Notes: a model not told the origin generated them from the sequence alone. A DNA stretch of 48,960 nucleotides from Phycisphaerae bacterium (GCA_041687575.1 JAWLBS010000005.1:1-48960); one strand, 5' to 3'. Shown: positions 1 through 9,524, numbered from the stretch's first letter. Translations and numbers: made by a program.

Positions 1-439
1 GTGCATAGTACCACCCACAGACGTGGGGCGGGCTCAGTATGCACGAACCAGACGAGAGATACGGGGCAAGCAGCCCGACATCAGCGGGAAACGAAGAATG
101 CTCCTGACGATACCGCTCAAGAGCCTCGATGGCAGGGACAGCCGTCCTGGCTTCTACTGTCAGACGCTCATCATGATCCGCAGGCTGGTAAGAAGAGCGG
201 AGGCCTCCCGGCCATTCACTGCCAAGCAACAGCCATGCAGATCCTGCAACGGACACGAAAAGCAGCACCAGGACCAGACCAACAACAACAAGACTGATCC
301 GCTTCAGTTGTCTGACTTTCGGCCCATAGGGATGCGATGCAAACGTCTTCGGATCAAGCGGGTCGAAACCTTGTCCGCACTCAGGGCAGCGATTCTCATC
401 CAAGTTCTTCAGGATGTAACCACAATTGTGACAGTGCAT
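1..439 (-). CDS. Zinc-ribbon membrane protein (partial, runs off the window start)
   Basis: Not in the ORF track. Manual translation from ATG 439 gives MHCHNCGYILKNLDENRCPECGQGFDP (CxxC...CPECG), a hydrophobic helix (ISLVVVGLVLVLLFVSVAG), then AIEALERYRQEHSSFP. AGGAAGG lies upstream; no stop before position 1. Confidence 0.75.
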   Translation of the reverse strand, partial: MHCHNCGYILKNLDENRCPECGQGFDPLDPKTFASHPYGPKVRQLKRISLVVVGLVLVLLFVSVAGSAWLLLGSEWPGGLRSSYQPADHDERLTVEARTAVPAIEALERYRQEHSSFPADVGLLAPYLSSGSCILSPPHVCGWYYA

Positions 440-504
440 GGGAGGCGGCCTTCCTGTTCTCAGGACATCGCTTGCCCTATCTGCCCATTGAACCGCCGGC
501 GGAT

Positions 505-726
505 TCACCCCATGTAATCCCGGAAATCCTCAAGAGGGGAGTCGAAGTCGTCTGACATCCGGATCTTACCCCTTGCACTGCCGAAGCCGCGTTTGCCTTG
601 GGTTACCGGCCGGAGTTCGGCCACATGAACATCGTTCCTTGTGATGATAAAGCGCTCGCCCCTGGCCACTTCCTCAACCAGGCGGTTCAGATCCTTTTGC
701 GCTTCTTCAACAGTGACTTTCCTCAT
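505..726 (-). CDS. Phd/YefM-family antitoxin with DUF2281-like C-terminus
   Basis: MRKVTVEEAQKDLNRLVEEVARGERFIITRND...RGFGSARGKIRMSDDFDSPL; start reassigned to ATG 726 inside ORF 505..975. Confidence 0.85.
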   Translation of the reverse strand: MRKVTVEEAQKDLNRLVEEVARGERFIITRNDVHVAELRPVTQGKRGFGSARGKIRMSDDFDSPLEDFRDYMG

Positions 727-734
727 GGACACAC

Positions 735-3149
735 CTATACGCGCCACACCGCCTGCTTCGTCCCCGCCCAGGTCCACTGATCCGCCTTGGGAGCGACCGT
801 CTCCTGCCCGCGGCCGCGGGGGTCGTCGATTTGCACCTGCTTGAAGTTGTCGTACAGCACGAACCGCACGTCCACCGGCCCGTAGCCGTCGGCGAGGTAA
901 TCGACGCCGAGGTGCAGCACGCCGCCCCGGACGCGGGCGGTAAGACGCAGCCGGGACCGCTCGCCCTTTTCCCACCCGCGGGTCGTGCCGTCATCGACGG
1001 TGTGGACCCACACGTGCTCGCCGGTGGTCGTGCGGCGGAGGAAGACGTGGACCTCCACCTTCTCCGGCTGCCAGACGTTGTCGCCGTCCTTGGCGCGCGA
1101 GACGGGAAACAGGGCGCCTTCGCGGGCATACAGCGGCGTCTGCATCGGCTCGGTCGAGGTCGTTACGATCCGACCCGACTTGAGCCACTTCGCCTCGTGC
1201 AGGCTGTACCACGCCTGTTTGCCGGGCAGCACAACGCGGCGGCGGGCCTGCCCCTCTTCCAGCATCGGGGCCTGCATCAGCGACGGGCCGATCAGGAACT
1301 GATCGTCGATCTGCCCCAGGGGCAACTGCTTCGTATCGCCAAAGTCATAGAACAGCGGCCGCAGGATCGCCTCGCCCGTCTCGTTCTGCGCGACGAACAG
1401 GTCGTACAGGTACGGCCGCAGGCGGTAGCGGAGCTGGATGTAGTGCTTGAACACCCGCTGCGCATCGCGGCCAAGGGCCCACGGCTCCTGCTGGGCGGTG
1501 CTGTGGGCGGTGTGGTTGCGGCAGAACGGGAACAGGAAGCACGCCTTCATCCACGCCGCCGCCAGCGCGGGCGTGGTGTCGCCGCCGAAGCCGGCGATGT
1601 CCGGGCCGTTGAACGGCACTCCCGACAGCGCCAGGTTCAGGCTCGTGGGGATGGACTTTTTCAGATAATGATAATTGCTGTAGTTGTCGCCCGTCCAGAC
1701 AGCCGAGTAGCGGCTGATGCCCGTATAGCCCGAGCGGGTCAGCAGGAACGGCCGCAGATCCGGGTGGGCCTGCTCGAAGCCGGCCCGGCTGGCCATCGCC
1801 ATGCCCAGGGCGTACTGGTTGTGGTAGGTGTAGTGGCTGCGGCGCCCATGGTCGAAGAGCATGTCGGTGACGCGTGACCGGCCGGTCGACGGGTCGTTCA
1901 TGTCGAGCCAGCAGCCGTACAGGCCGAGCGAAGCGAAGGCCTTGACCAGCCCGCTCCACCAGTCGCGCGTCTGGCCGATGGAGAAGTCCGGGAAGACCGT
2001 CTCTCCCGGCCAGACCAGCCCGACGAACTCCTGCCCCTGGGGGTTGCGGCAGAAGGCGTCGGCCTTGCGCCCGGACTCGTAGACGCTGTAGCCGGGCTCC
2101 CGCTTCACGCCGGGATCGATGATCGGCACCACGCGCCGCCCTCGCTCCAGCAGCGAGCGGAACGCCTTGGCCGGGTCGCGGAAATTCTTCTTGTCGAACG
2201 TGAAGACGCGGTAGCCGTCCATGTACTCGATGTCGAGCCACAGACCGTCGACCGGAATGTTGGCCTTGCGGAAGTTGCTGTCGAGGTCCTCCAGGTCCCG
2301 CTGCGACTGGTAGCCCCATCGGCACTGGTGATAGCCCAGCGCCCAGACCGGCGGCAGGAACGTCCGGCCGACGAGGGTCTGGAGCTTGCGGGTCAGCTCG
2401 GCCAGGCTCGGCCCGTAGAGGATCCAGAGGTTGGGCTGGCCGTGCTCGGCGCCGAGGATCAGCTGCGGGTCCTGCTGCTCCTTGGCATGCATCTGGCCGG
2501 CAATGTTGACCTTGGCGCCGGTCTGCATGTACGTCGCGTAGGGGTTGTCCAGCAGCAGGCCGAGATAGGTGTTGCCCTGCTTGACGATGACGTAGGGGAT
2601 CGACAGGTACGACGGGTCGATCTTGCCCTCCAGGACGATCGAGCCCTTGAAGTCGCCCCAGACGTCGGTGTTCCAGAACTTGGTGTTGACGCCGGTCAGC
2701 TCCAGCCCGAGCAGCTTCTCGCCCATGCCGTAGTACTGGTGTTTCGGCGAATGCTTGAAGACGAAGCACGAGCTCTGGCCGCACACGCCAAAGGCGGCCT
2801 GCGGGATGCTCTGCAGCAGGACCCGCCCCTTCTCGTCCGCCAGCGTCAGGTCCAGCCGGCTGCCGACCGTCAGCGCGGTCCGCCCGTCATCCACCGTCCG
2901 GGCCGGCGGGATGCAGAGCCCCGCCTGGCTGTAGTTGGCCGGCCACCGCTGGCTGGTAAAGGCGAGGCGGTAGATGTCGCCCTCGAAGGCATCGACGGCG
3001 ATGTCGATGCACTGCTTTTTGTCGGGCTTGTCCGGGATAAAATCGGCGACGATGGCCGAGCCGGTGCGCCGCCCCTTGCCGTCGGCCTCGATCTTCACGT
3101 CGCGGACGAACTCGAAGTTGGTGACGTGGGGGTAGGTACGGAAATACAT
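735..3149 (-). CDS. Glycoside hydrolase family 31 (alpha-glucosidase-like)
   Basis: GYHQCRWGY, WLDIEYMDG, nucleophile motif WLDMNDP, acid/base motif WTGDN, DIAGFGG, PFCRNH. Confidence 0.93.
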   Translation of the reverse strand: MYFRTYPHVTNFEFVRDVKIEADGKGRRTGSAIVADFIPDKPDKKQCIDIAVDAFEGDIYRLAFTSQRWPANYSQAGLCIPPARTVDDGRTALTVGSRLDLTLADEKGRVLLQSIPQAAFGVCGQSSCFVFKHSPKHQYYGMGEKLLGLELTGVNTKFWNTDVWGDFKGSIVLEGKIDPSYLSIPYVIVKQGNTYLGLLLDNPYATYMQTGAKVNIAGQMHAKEQQDPQLILGAEHGQPNLWILYGPSLAELTRKLQTLVGRTFLPPVWALGYHQCRWGYQSQRDLEDLDSNFRKANIPVDGLWLDIEYMDGYRVFTFDKKNFRDPAKAFRSLLERGRRVVPIIDPGVKREPGYSVYESGRKADAFCRNPQGQEFVGLVWPGETVFPDFSIGQTRDWWSGLVKAFASLGLYGCWLDMNDPSTGRSRVTDMLFDHGRRSHYTYHNQYALGMAMASRAGFEQAHPDLRPFLLTRSGYTGISRYSAVWTGDNYSNYHYLKKSIPTSLNLALSGVPFNGPDIAGFGGDTTPALAAAWMKACFLFPFCRNHTAHSTAQQEPWALGRDAQRVFKHYIQLRYRLRPYLYDLFVAQNETGEAILRPLFYDFGDTKQLPLGQIDDQFLIGPSLMQAPMLEEGQARRRVVLPGKQAWYSLHEAKWLKSGRIVTTSTEPMQTPLYAREGALFPVSRAKDGDNVWQPEKVEVHVFLRRTTTGEHVWVHTVDDGTTRGWEKGERSRLRLTARVRGGVLHLGVDYLADGYGPVDVRFVLYDNFKQVQIDDPRGRGQETVAPKADQWTWAGTKQAVWRV

Positions 3150-3219
3150 TGTTGGTTCCTTCCAGCTTGCAAAGCGATTCGAAACGGCCCCTGCCGCCTG
3201 TCAGCGCTCGGTTCAACTG

Positions 3220-3609
3220 CTACCACAATACATCGATCAGTCGTGAATCTGCAATCGCCTGATCGCGGGAAATCAGCTGCGTGGGTTGCTTCAAAACGTC
3301 CCTGTAGACCAAGGCCGTACCGACGATCACGGCATCGTGGATGTCCAGCCCGGAGGGAAACAGCTCCAGCACCGCCTCATCGAGGGGATGGACCGAGCAG
3401 TTGAGCGAAGACAGGATCCGAGCTCGCACAAGCTCAAGGGATATCCTGATCCTCTTGCGCTCGTACAGATACCGGATTTCCGCCAGGACAATTGTGGGCA
3501 CAACCAGTCTGGCGCTGGCGGAGGACATGGCTGCCGCCGCTTGCGGGGAGAGTTTCTTATTGCCTTCGAGGTACCACACCAAAGGGCGCGTATCGAGAAC
3601 GTAGATCAC
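3220..3609 (-). CDS. PIN-domain (VapC-like) toxin
   Basis: YVLDT..LVWYL, VPTIVLAEI, LDIHDAVIVGTAL, LISRD: PIN acidic motif pattern. Confidence 0.85.
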   Translation of the reverse strand: MIYVLDTRPLVWYLEGNKKLSPQAAAAMSSASARLVVPTIVLAEIRYLYERKRIRISLELVRARILSSLNCSVHPLDEAVLELFPSGLDIHDAVIVGTALVYRDVLKQPTQLISRDQAIADSRLIDVLW

Positions 3610-3612
3610 CCG

Positions 3613-3807
3613 TCACTCCTCTGAAGGCCCCCGATATTTGACGGCATCAATCTCTTCGGCGTCCGTCTGCACCTCGTCCTTGAGCATGCCGTATAAGTCC
3701 GCAAACGTGTGTTGCTCCACGAGTGATGAGGCGCGGAGCTTGGCTTCCAGGACGTCCAACTGCATCCGGAGCGATCGGATCTGGATGATGGCTTCTGCCT
3801 CTGTCAT
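3613..3807 (-). CDS. Putative antitoxin, cognate of the PIN toxin
   Basis: 64-aa ORF (ATG 3807) ending 3 nt before the PIN gene, with a FADLYGMLK motif and acidic tail. Confidence 0.6.
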   Translation of the reverse strand: MTEAEAIIQIRSLRMQLDVLEAKLRASSLVEQHTFADLYGMLKDEVQTDAEEIDAVKYRGPSEE

Positions 3808-3840
3808 AGCAAAGACTCCCACAAGCATCTACCGCCTCTG

Positions 3841-3849
3841 ATTATATCA
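3841..3849 (-). promoter_or_regulatory. Extended -10 promoter element for the TA pair
   Basis: Minus strand reads TG-a-TATAAT about 35 nt upstream of ATG 3807. Confidence 0.5.
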
Positions 3850-3931
3850 CAGACTCTCCAGATCTGCCCGTCCGGCCCGCCCCTTCGCGTCACCCCTCGC
3901 CGATGTGCATGACAACGAGACCTCCGGCCCC

Positions 3932-4723
3932 TCAAAGTCGCAGGGCACGCATCTCCAACACCGCCTCGTAGTACTTGAGAACCTTGCCGCCGTAGCGGTT
4001 GTCGATCAGGGTCCGGATGCCGCCGAACAGGGCCTCCCGCTCGGCGGCGGGAAGGGCGATGTGGTCGGAGTACGTGCCCAGCAGCTGGACATACGCCCGG
4101 GCGTCGTATTCGAGCGTCCACGGATACGTCTTTCTGACCGGCTCGCCGAACAGATCCATGCCGGGCTCGGGACCTGCGTCCCGCGACGGTACGGGCGAGC
4201 GGGCCGAGGCCATCGACGGGGCACATCGCCCGTAGACGCTCTGCACCTCGGCGAAGAAACCCTCGTCCTTGCCGACATGCGCGTTGGCGAGCACGGCAAG
4301 CCAGCCTCCCGGCCTGAGCACAGAGGCCGCTTTGCGATAGCGGACGGCCGGATCGACCCAGTGGAAGGAGGTCGCCGCCAGGACCAGGTCGAACCGCAAG
4401 CGGCCCGGCTGCCACTGCTCGAAGGACTGCACGAGAACCTGGACCGCTGGGAACCCCCGCACCTTTTCGCGTGCGATGGCTGCCAGGTCTTCGCCGATGT
4501 CCAGGCAGACCATGTGAAAGCCCCGCGCGGCGAATGGCATCGTCGCCTGCCCCGTCCCGCAGCCGATCTCCAGGATTCGGCCGGCCGCAGGTATGGCGGA
4601 CAGGGTGATGACATCCTGTACCATCTCGGCCGGATAGCCGGGGCGCAGCCGGTCGTACAGTTTCGCCGCCCGGTTGAACGTCGATCTGGCGTTATGCCGG
4701 TTCATACGTCCCTGGTTGATCAT
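3932..4723 (-). CDS. Class I SAM-dependent methyltransferase
   Basis: YDRLRPGYP, ILEIGCGTGQAT (motif I), FDLVLAATSFHW, LRPGGWL; start may be ATG 4705. Confidence 0.9.
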   Translation of the reverse strand: MINQGRMNRHNARSTFNRAAKLYDRLRPGYPAEMVQDVITLSAIPAAGRILEIGCGTGQATMPFAARGFHMVCLDIGEDLAAIAREKVRGFPAVQVLVQSFEQWQPGRLRFDLVLAATSFHWVDPAVRYRKAASVLRPGGWLAVLANAHVGKDEGFFAEVQSVYGRCAPSMASARSPVPSRDAGPEPGMDLFGEPVRKTYPWTLEYDARAYVQLLGTYSDHIALPAAEREALFGGIRTLIDNRYGGKVLKYYEAVLEMRALRL

Positions 4724-4746
4724 TGCGTTTCATGTGGCCCCGCACA

Positions 4747-4998
4747 CTCGGCCTAATACGGCCCTGCTTCCAACTTCGCCCAATGACGACTACGTCGCAC
4801 CGAGAACGCAGGACTGTGGCACCCGACAGTTCGCAGCTCGGCCACTCGCATCGCTGCGCTCGCTCGGGCGGACCGCCTGAAGGCGGGACTCCAAACGCCG
4901 GCTGAAGCCGGGACTCCGAGCTTGGCAGGCACGGCCCTGCTCCCTGCTTCGCCGAACCACGGCTCGGCAGGGCGGGGACGCAGGGCCGTGGCATCCGA
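4747..4998. repeat. Cluster of REP/REPIN-like palindromic repeats
   Basis: Two copies of an ~80-bp acggccctgc...gcagg..cgtggca(c/t)ccga hairpin unit (4747-4826, 4921-4998), a 51-bp segment (4830-4880) repeated at 48597-48647, and two ccg(c/g)ctgaag(g/c)cgggactcc units (4873-4917). Confidence 0.75.
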
Positions 4999-5099
4999 TT
5001 CCCTGCCCCCTGCCGTTGTTGCTGCCTGCTGTCCCCTGTAACCTATCCCCTGCCGTTGTCGTTCACTGGCAACTGGCAACTACTTGGGCACAGCCCGCC

Positions 5100-5516
5100 C
5101 TACTCCTCCAGCGAATCCCGAATCGCCTCCTGGAGCTGCTCCATCTTGCCTTCGGGGTACTTCTTGGCGTTCCAGCGGTAGCCCAGGCCGTCGGCCTCGG
5201 CCCGCGGGATGATGTGCACGTGAACGTGCATGACCTCCTGGCCGGACACCTGCCCGTTGTTCTGCAGGATGTTGAAGCCGGCTGCCCCGGTCGCCTTGAT
5301 CACGGCCTGGGCGATCTGGGGGATCGGCTGGGTCAGTGCGGCGACCTGCTCGGGCGGCATGTCGGTGATCTGCTCGTAGTGCTCCTTGGGCACGATCAGC
5401 ACGTGGCCGTCGGCGAGCGGGCCGATATCGAGGAAGGCGAGGCAGTTGTCGTCCTCGTAGACCTTGGCCGAGGGGATCTCGCCGGCGACGATCTTGCAGA
5501 AGATGCAGTCGGACAT
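5100..5516 (-). CDS. HIT family nucleotide hydrolase (HinT-like)
   Basis: DCIFCKIVAGEIP, GHVLIVPKEH, GQEVMHVHVHIIPR (histidine triad). Confidence 0.95.
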   Translation of the reverse strand: MSDCIFCKIVAGEIPSAKVYEDDNCLAFLDIGPLADGHVLIVPKEHYEQITDMPPEQVAALTQPIPQIAQAVIKATGAAGFNILQNNGQVSGQEVMHVHVHIIPRAEADGLGYRWNAKKYPEGKMEQLQEAIRDSLEE

Positions 5517-5616
5517 GGGGGCTGTGCCCTCCTTTCAGGTCGAAAGAGATATCTGCCGGTTTCGGACGAGCCGCCCGCGGGGGCGGACCCGGATGCGGTC
5601 CACATACCAACAATGT

Positions 5617-5645
5617 ATTGTTCTGGCGTGGGGAGGAGTTGTAAA
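5617..5645 (-). promoter_or_regulatory. Sigma70-like promoter upstream of the HIT gene (copy 1)
   Basis: TTTACA-N17-AACAAT; a related copy TCTACA-N17-AACAAT lies at 5797-5825. Confidence 0.4.
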
Positions 5646-5686
5646 GGGATCGAGCGTAACAACAAACGGTGCGCACCGGCGGAGTT

Positions 5687-5790
5687 TACCGCTCCCTCAC
5701 GGTCGCGGCTCGTTCCCGCTCGTTTGCGGGAGGCACCCGCTCATCCGAGGAATTCCATGGCTGGAAACAGCCCCTGCCATGGCACCCGGC
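5687..5790. repeat. REP-like repeats
   Basis: accgctccctcacggtcgcggctcgt (reverse-complement copies at 26827-26853 and ~36579-36604) and ggaattccatggc...gccatggcacccgg (also ~5941-5985 and inverted at ~31508-31553). Confidence 0.7.
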
Positions 5791-5839
5791 CTGTCTATTG
5801 TTCGGGGGTGCGATGGAGTTGTAGAGGCGTTGACGGCAA

Positions 5840-5871
5840 TAAGAAAAGGCCGGTCCGCTCGGGACCGGCCT
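5840..5871 (-). terminator. Intrinsic terminator downstream of rplQ
   Basis: Minus strand: GGCCGGTCC-cgagc-GGACCGGCC followed by TTTTCTT. Confidence 0.75.
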
Positions 5872-5993
5872 GATCGTAATCTTGTCGGGGGATGGACAGC
5901 AGTCTGAAGGCGAATCTGTCGCGGATGAAGCGTCTACTCATCCGCGGAATTCCATGGCCACAAACGGCGTGGCCATGGCACCCGGACGGGGGG

Positions 5994-6731
5994 CTATTCC
6001 TTGGCCTGCTCTTCGCCGCCGGGCTGTTCGCCTTCGGCGGGCGGGGCCTCTTGCTGCTGAGCCTCGGCCTGCGGTTCGGCAGGCTGCTCCTCAGCGACGG
6101 GGGCTTCTTCGGCCGGCACCGGGGCGGCAGTGCCCTTGCCCAGGGCCTTGGCGAGGAACTTGCGGCGTGCCTCGGCCTTCTGCTTGCGATCGGTCGGCCC
6201 TCGACGGGCGACCGAACCGGGCGTCTCCTCCTCGCCGAGGAGCTGGAGGATCGCGCGGTTGGCGTTGTCGCCGATCCGCGGCCGACCCAGGCGAATGATC
6301 CGCGTGTAGCCGCCGTCGCGGTTTTCGAAGCGGGCGGCGACGTCCACGATCAGGCGGTCGACGACCGACTGGGCCGTGAACTCCATGCCGAGCTTCGGGC
6401 CGCCCTTGCGCCACCGCCGGCCCGACGGGCTGCGCAGGACCTTGCGCCGCTGACCGTCGGTCATCATGTCGTAGTCTTCCTGCCGGTCAGCCGGGATGAT
6501 CGCCCGATCCTGCATCTCGGCGATGATCCGTTGCCGCGCCGCCATGTCGCCGCCGCGGGCCTTTTTGGCCATGGTGATCAGCTTCTCGGAGAAGCGTCGC
6601 ACGTCCTTGGCCTTTTCCAGGGTGGTGACGATCTGGCCGTGCTCGAACAGCGACTGGGCCGCATTACGGAACATCGCGCGGCGATGCTCGCTGGTCCGAT
6701 TGAACTTTCTACCCGAAACTCGATGACGCAT
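5994..6731 (-). CDS. rplQ: 50S ribosomal protein L17 (extended)
   Basis: MRHRVSGRKFNRTSEHRRAMFRN, GGYTRIIRLG; follows rpoA. Confidence 0.95.
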   Translation of the reverse strand: MRHRVSGRKFNRTSEHRRAMFRNAAQSLFEHGQIVTTLEKAKDVRRFSEKLITMAKKARGGDMAARQRIIAEMQDRAIIPADRQEDYDMMTDGQRRKVLRSPSGRRWRKGGPKLGMEFTAQSVVDRLIVDVAARFENRDGGYTRIIRLGRPRIGDNANRAILQLLGEEETPGSVARRGPTDRKQKAEARRKFLAKALGKGTAAPVPAEEAPVAEEQPAEPQAEAQQQEAPPAEGEQPGGEEQAKE

Positions 6732-6810
6732 GGTTTTTAGACCCTTACTACACTCTCGGCGATCCGGCGCCAGGCCGGAGCCATCTGTTCACACGGCGTT
6801 CGTATCCGGC

Positions 6811-7893
6811 TCAGACCCCAGCCGTTCCGGGCATCGACGCATCCGACACGTCCGATGTCTCATGTTCGTTCTCACCGCCGGCCGGCAGGTTCATGCCCAG
6901 GCCCAGGCCGATGTCGGCGAGTTTGCGCTTCACTTCGCGCAGGCTCGTCTTGCCGAAGGAACGGACCTTCAGCAGGTCGGGCTCGCTCATCCGCACCAGG
7001 TCGCCCACGGTGTTGATGTGGGCCGACTCCAGGCAGTTGTTCGCCCGGACCGACAGGTCCAGTTCGGCGATGCTCATGTTCAGCTTCTGCCGGAGTTCCT
7101 CGTCCACGCTGACCGGCTGGCTGGCGGCGGCAGACTCACGCCCGCCTTCCGACAGCAGTTCCGCCTCGGCCGGCACCGACTTTTCGCCCAGGTCAAAGTA
7201 CTGAACGAAGGGGTTGAGGTGCTTGCGGAGGATCTTGGCGGCCTCGACCAGCGCCATCTCCGGGCTGATCGTGCCCTTGGTCCAGATCTCCATGACCAGC
7301 CGGTCATAGTTCGTCCGCTGCCCGACGCGGGTGTCCTCGGTTTTGTAGCGAACGCGCGTCACCGGCGAGAAGGCGGAATCGACCGGAATGATCCCGACCT
7401 CCATGTCCGGCGTGATGTTCTCGTCGGCCGGCACATACCCGCGCCCCTTGTCGACGGTCATTTCAATGGAGAAATCGACGTCGTCGGTGAGGGTGGCGAT
7501 GTGGTGGTCCTTGTTGACCACTTCGATGGCGGCATCAGCATCGATGTCGCCAGCGGTGATCTCACCCTTGGCGTTGCGCTCGATGCGCATCGTCTTGGGT
7601 TCGTCGGCGTCCAGCCGGACCACGATCTTCTTGATGTTCAGTATGATGTCGGTCACATCCTCGAGCACGCCAGGCAAGCTGGTGAACTCGTGCTCGGCAC
7701 CTGCGATCTTGACGCGGACAACGGCCGCGCCTTCGAGGCTGCTCAGCAGGATCCGCCGCAAGCTGTTGCCGACCGTCGTACCAAACCCGCGTTCGAACGG
7801 TTCGATCACGAACCGCCCGTATGTTCGGGTGCTGATGATTTCGTCTTTGAGGACTTGACTCGGCAGTTCAAGTCCGCGCCACCTGATCCGCAT
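6811..7893 (-). CDS. rpoA: RNA polymerase alpha subunit
   Basis: [33 protein letters not shown]; start taken as ATG 7893 ([11 protein letters not shown]). Confidence 0.97.
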   Translation of the reverse strand: MRIRWRGLELPSQVLKDEIISTRTYGRFVIEPFERGFGTTVGNSLRRILLSSLEGAAVVRVKIAGAEHEFTSLPGVLEDVTDIILNIKKIVVRLDADEPKTMRIERNAKGEITAGDIDADAAIEVVNKDHHIATLTDDVDFSIEMTVDKGRGYVPADENITPDMEVGIIPVDSAFSPVTRVRYKTEDTRVGQRTNYDRLVMEIWTKGTISPEMALVEAAKILRKHLNPFVQYFDLGEKSVPAEAELLSEGGRESAAASQPVSVDEELRQKLNMSIAELDLSVRANNCLESAHINTVGDLVRMSEPDLLKVRSFGKTSLREVKRKLADIGLGLGMNLPAGGENEHETSDVSDASMPGTAGV

Positions 7894-8033
7894 CTGGTTG
7901 GCCTCCCGTTGGCGGAAGCGTTCTGTCCTGGGCACCGGGCCCGGTAAACAAGCCCCGACACCACCGTTATTTCTTTTCGTACGTGAACCCCTTGTCTCGT
8001 CGCCCCCGCTGACAAAGGATTCGCCACCGCGTG

Positions 8034-8666
8034 TTACCGGCTGCAGAACTCGACGATCAGATTCTCCTCGATGGGAATCTGCACGTCATCGCGAGTCGGC
8101 AGGGCCAGCACGGTCCCTTCCATGTTGTTGCGATCGACCTGCAGCCAGCCCTGCAACGACTGGCCCTCGGTGGTGGTCGCCAGACTCTTGACGAAATTCC
8201 GCGAACGCTCAGACGGCTTGACGGTGATCTTGTCGCCCTGGCTGACCAGGAAGCCCGGCCGGTCCACCTTGCGACCGTTGACCCGGATGTGCCCGTGCGC
8301 GATCATCTGCCGGGCACCGCGCCGCGAGAGCGCCAGGCCCATCTTGTAAAGCACGTTGTCCAGGCGCCGCTCCAGGAACTGCAGCAGGATCTGCCCGGTG
8401 TTGCCCGGCACCTTGGCCGCCTGGGCGAACAGCCGCATGAACTGCTTGTCCAGCAGCCCGTAGTAGCGCTTGACCTTCTGCTTCTCCCGGAGGCGCACCC
8501 CATACTCGGTGCCTCGCGTGCGCTTCCAGCCGTGCATGCCCGGAGGCTGCTGGCGCCACTGCTTTTCCATGGCGCACTTGGCGGTATCGCACCGGACACC
8601 CTTGATCATCAGTTTGATGCCTTCACGCCGGCACTGCCTGCATGCTGGTCCTGTTTCTCGTCCCAT
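8034..8666 (-). CDS. rpsD: 30S ribosomal protein S4
   Basis: [31 protein letters not shown]. Confidence 0.97.
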   Translation of the reverse strand: MGRETGPACRQCRREGIKLMIKGVRCDTAKCAMEKQWRQQPPGMHGWKRTRGTEYGVRLREKQKVKRYYGLLDKQFMRLFAQAAKVPGNTGQILLQFLERRLDNVLYKMGLALSRRGARQMIAHGHIRVNGRKVDRPGFLVSQGDKITVKPSERSRNFVKSLATTTEGQSLQGWLQVDRNNMEGTVLALPTRDDVQIPIEENLIVEFCSR

Positions 8667-8721
8667 ATCTGGCTTCTATCCTTGGCTCAATCCTTATCCA
8701 ACCGATTGCGGGCCGGCGGCT

Positions 8722-9117
8722 CTAGACGCGCCGCTTCTTCGGCGGCCGGCAGCCGTTGTGCGGCAGCGGCGTGATATCCTCGATGCTGAGGATCTTCAGG
8801 CCCGACGCCTGAAGCGCCGTAACAGCCGATTCGCGCCCGCTGCCAGGGCCCTTGACCCGCACTTCCAACTCGTGCACACCATACCGCTTGGCGGCGGCGG
8901 CAACCGCGTCCGCCGCACGCTGGGCGGCAAACGGGGTGCTCTTTCGCGTGCCCTTGAAACCGGCCGTACCCGCCGACGCCCAGGCAAGCACGTCGCCGTT
9001 CATGTCCGTAATCGTGATCAAGGTGTTGTTGAACGTCGCCTTGATCATCGCGATCGCCGTATTGATGGTGCGCCGCTGCCGACGCCGTCCGCCACCTTTG
9101 GATCCCGCTCTAGCCAC
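8722..9117 (-). CDS. rpsK: 30S ribosomal protein S11
   Basis: [36 protein letters not shown]. Confidence 0.97.
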   Translation of the reverse strand: MARAGSKGGGRRRQRRTINTAIAMIKATFNNTLITITDMNGDVLAWASAGTAGFKGTRKSTPFAAQRAADAVAAAAKRYGVHELEVRVKGPGSGRESAVTALQASGLKILSIEDITPLPHNGCRPPKKRRV

Positions 9118-9499
9118 GGTGCATCTCCTTCACGCCCTTCTTGCCGGCCACGGTCTTACGCGGTCCCTTGCGTGTCCGCGCGTTGGTCCGTGTCCGTTGA
9201 CCGCGAGCAGGCAACCCGCGACGGTGCCTAAGCCCACGATACGAGTTGATATGAACCAGCCGCTGGATGTTCTGCTGGATCTGGCGGCGCAGCCCGCCCT
9301 CGACCGTGAACTCGCGGTCGATCGTGCTATTCAGCCGCGCGACCTCTTCGTCCGTCAGTTCGTTGGCCTTGCGCTGCTCGTCCAGATCGGCGCTGACGCA
9401 GATCCGCTTGGCCGTCGTATCACCCACACCGTAGATGTACTGCAGGCTCACCCACAGTTTCTTGTTGGCTGGTATATCTACACCCGCTACACGTGGCAT
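9110..9499 (-). CDS. rpsM: 30S ribosomal protein S13
   Basis: [36 protein letters not shown]. Confidence 0.97.
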   Translation of the reverse strand: MPRVAGVDIPANKKLWVSLQYIYGVGDTTAKRICVSADLDEQRKANELTDEEVARLNSTIDREFTVEGGLRRQIQQNIQRLVHINSYRGLRHRRGLPARGQRTRTNARTRKGPRKTVAGKKGVKEMHRG

Positions 9500-9524
9500 A
9501 CTTCAATCTCCCGTGCCTGTCGCC

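Noticed and set aside
5000-5085. Possible CRISPR or tandem array (cccctgccgttgt x2, ctggcaa x2)
   Set aside because: Only two short copies each, no regular spacers and no cas genes; I see no CRISPR array in the window.
440-5100. Integron-like cassette array (co-oriented small accessory genes)
   Set aside because: No attC-like RYYYAAC...GTTRRRY sites at gene ends and no integrase in the window.
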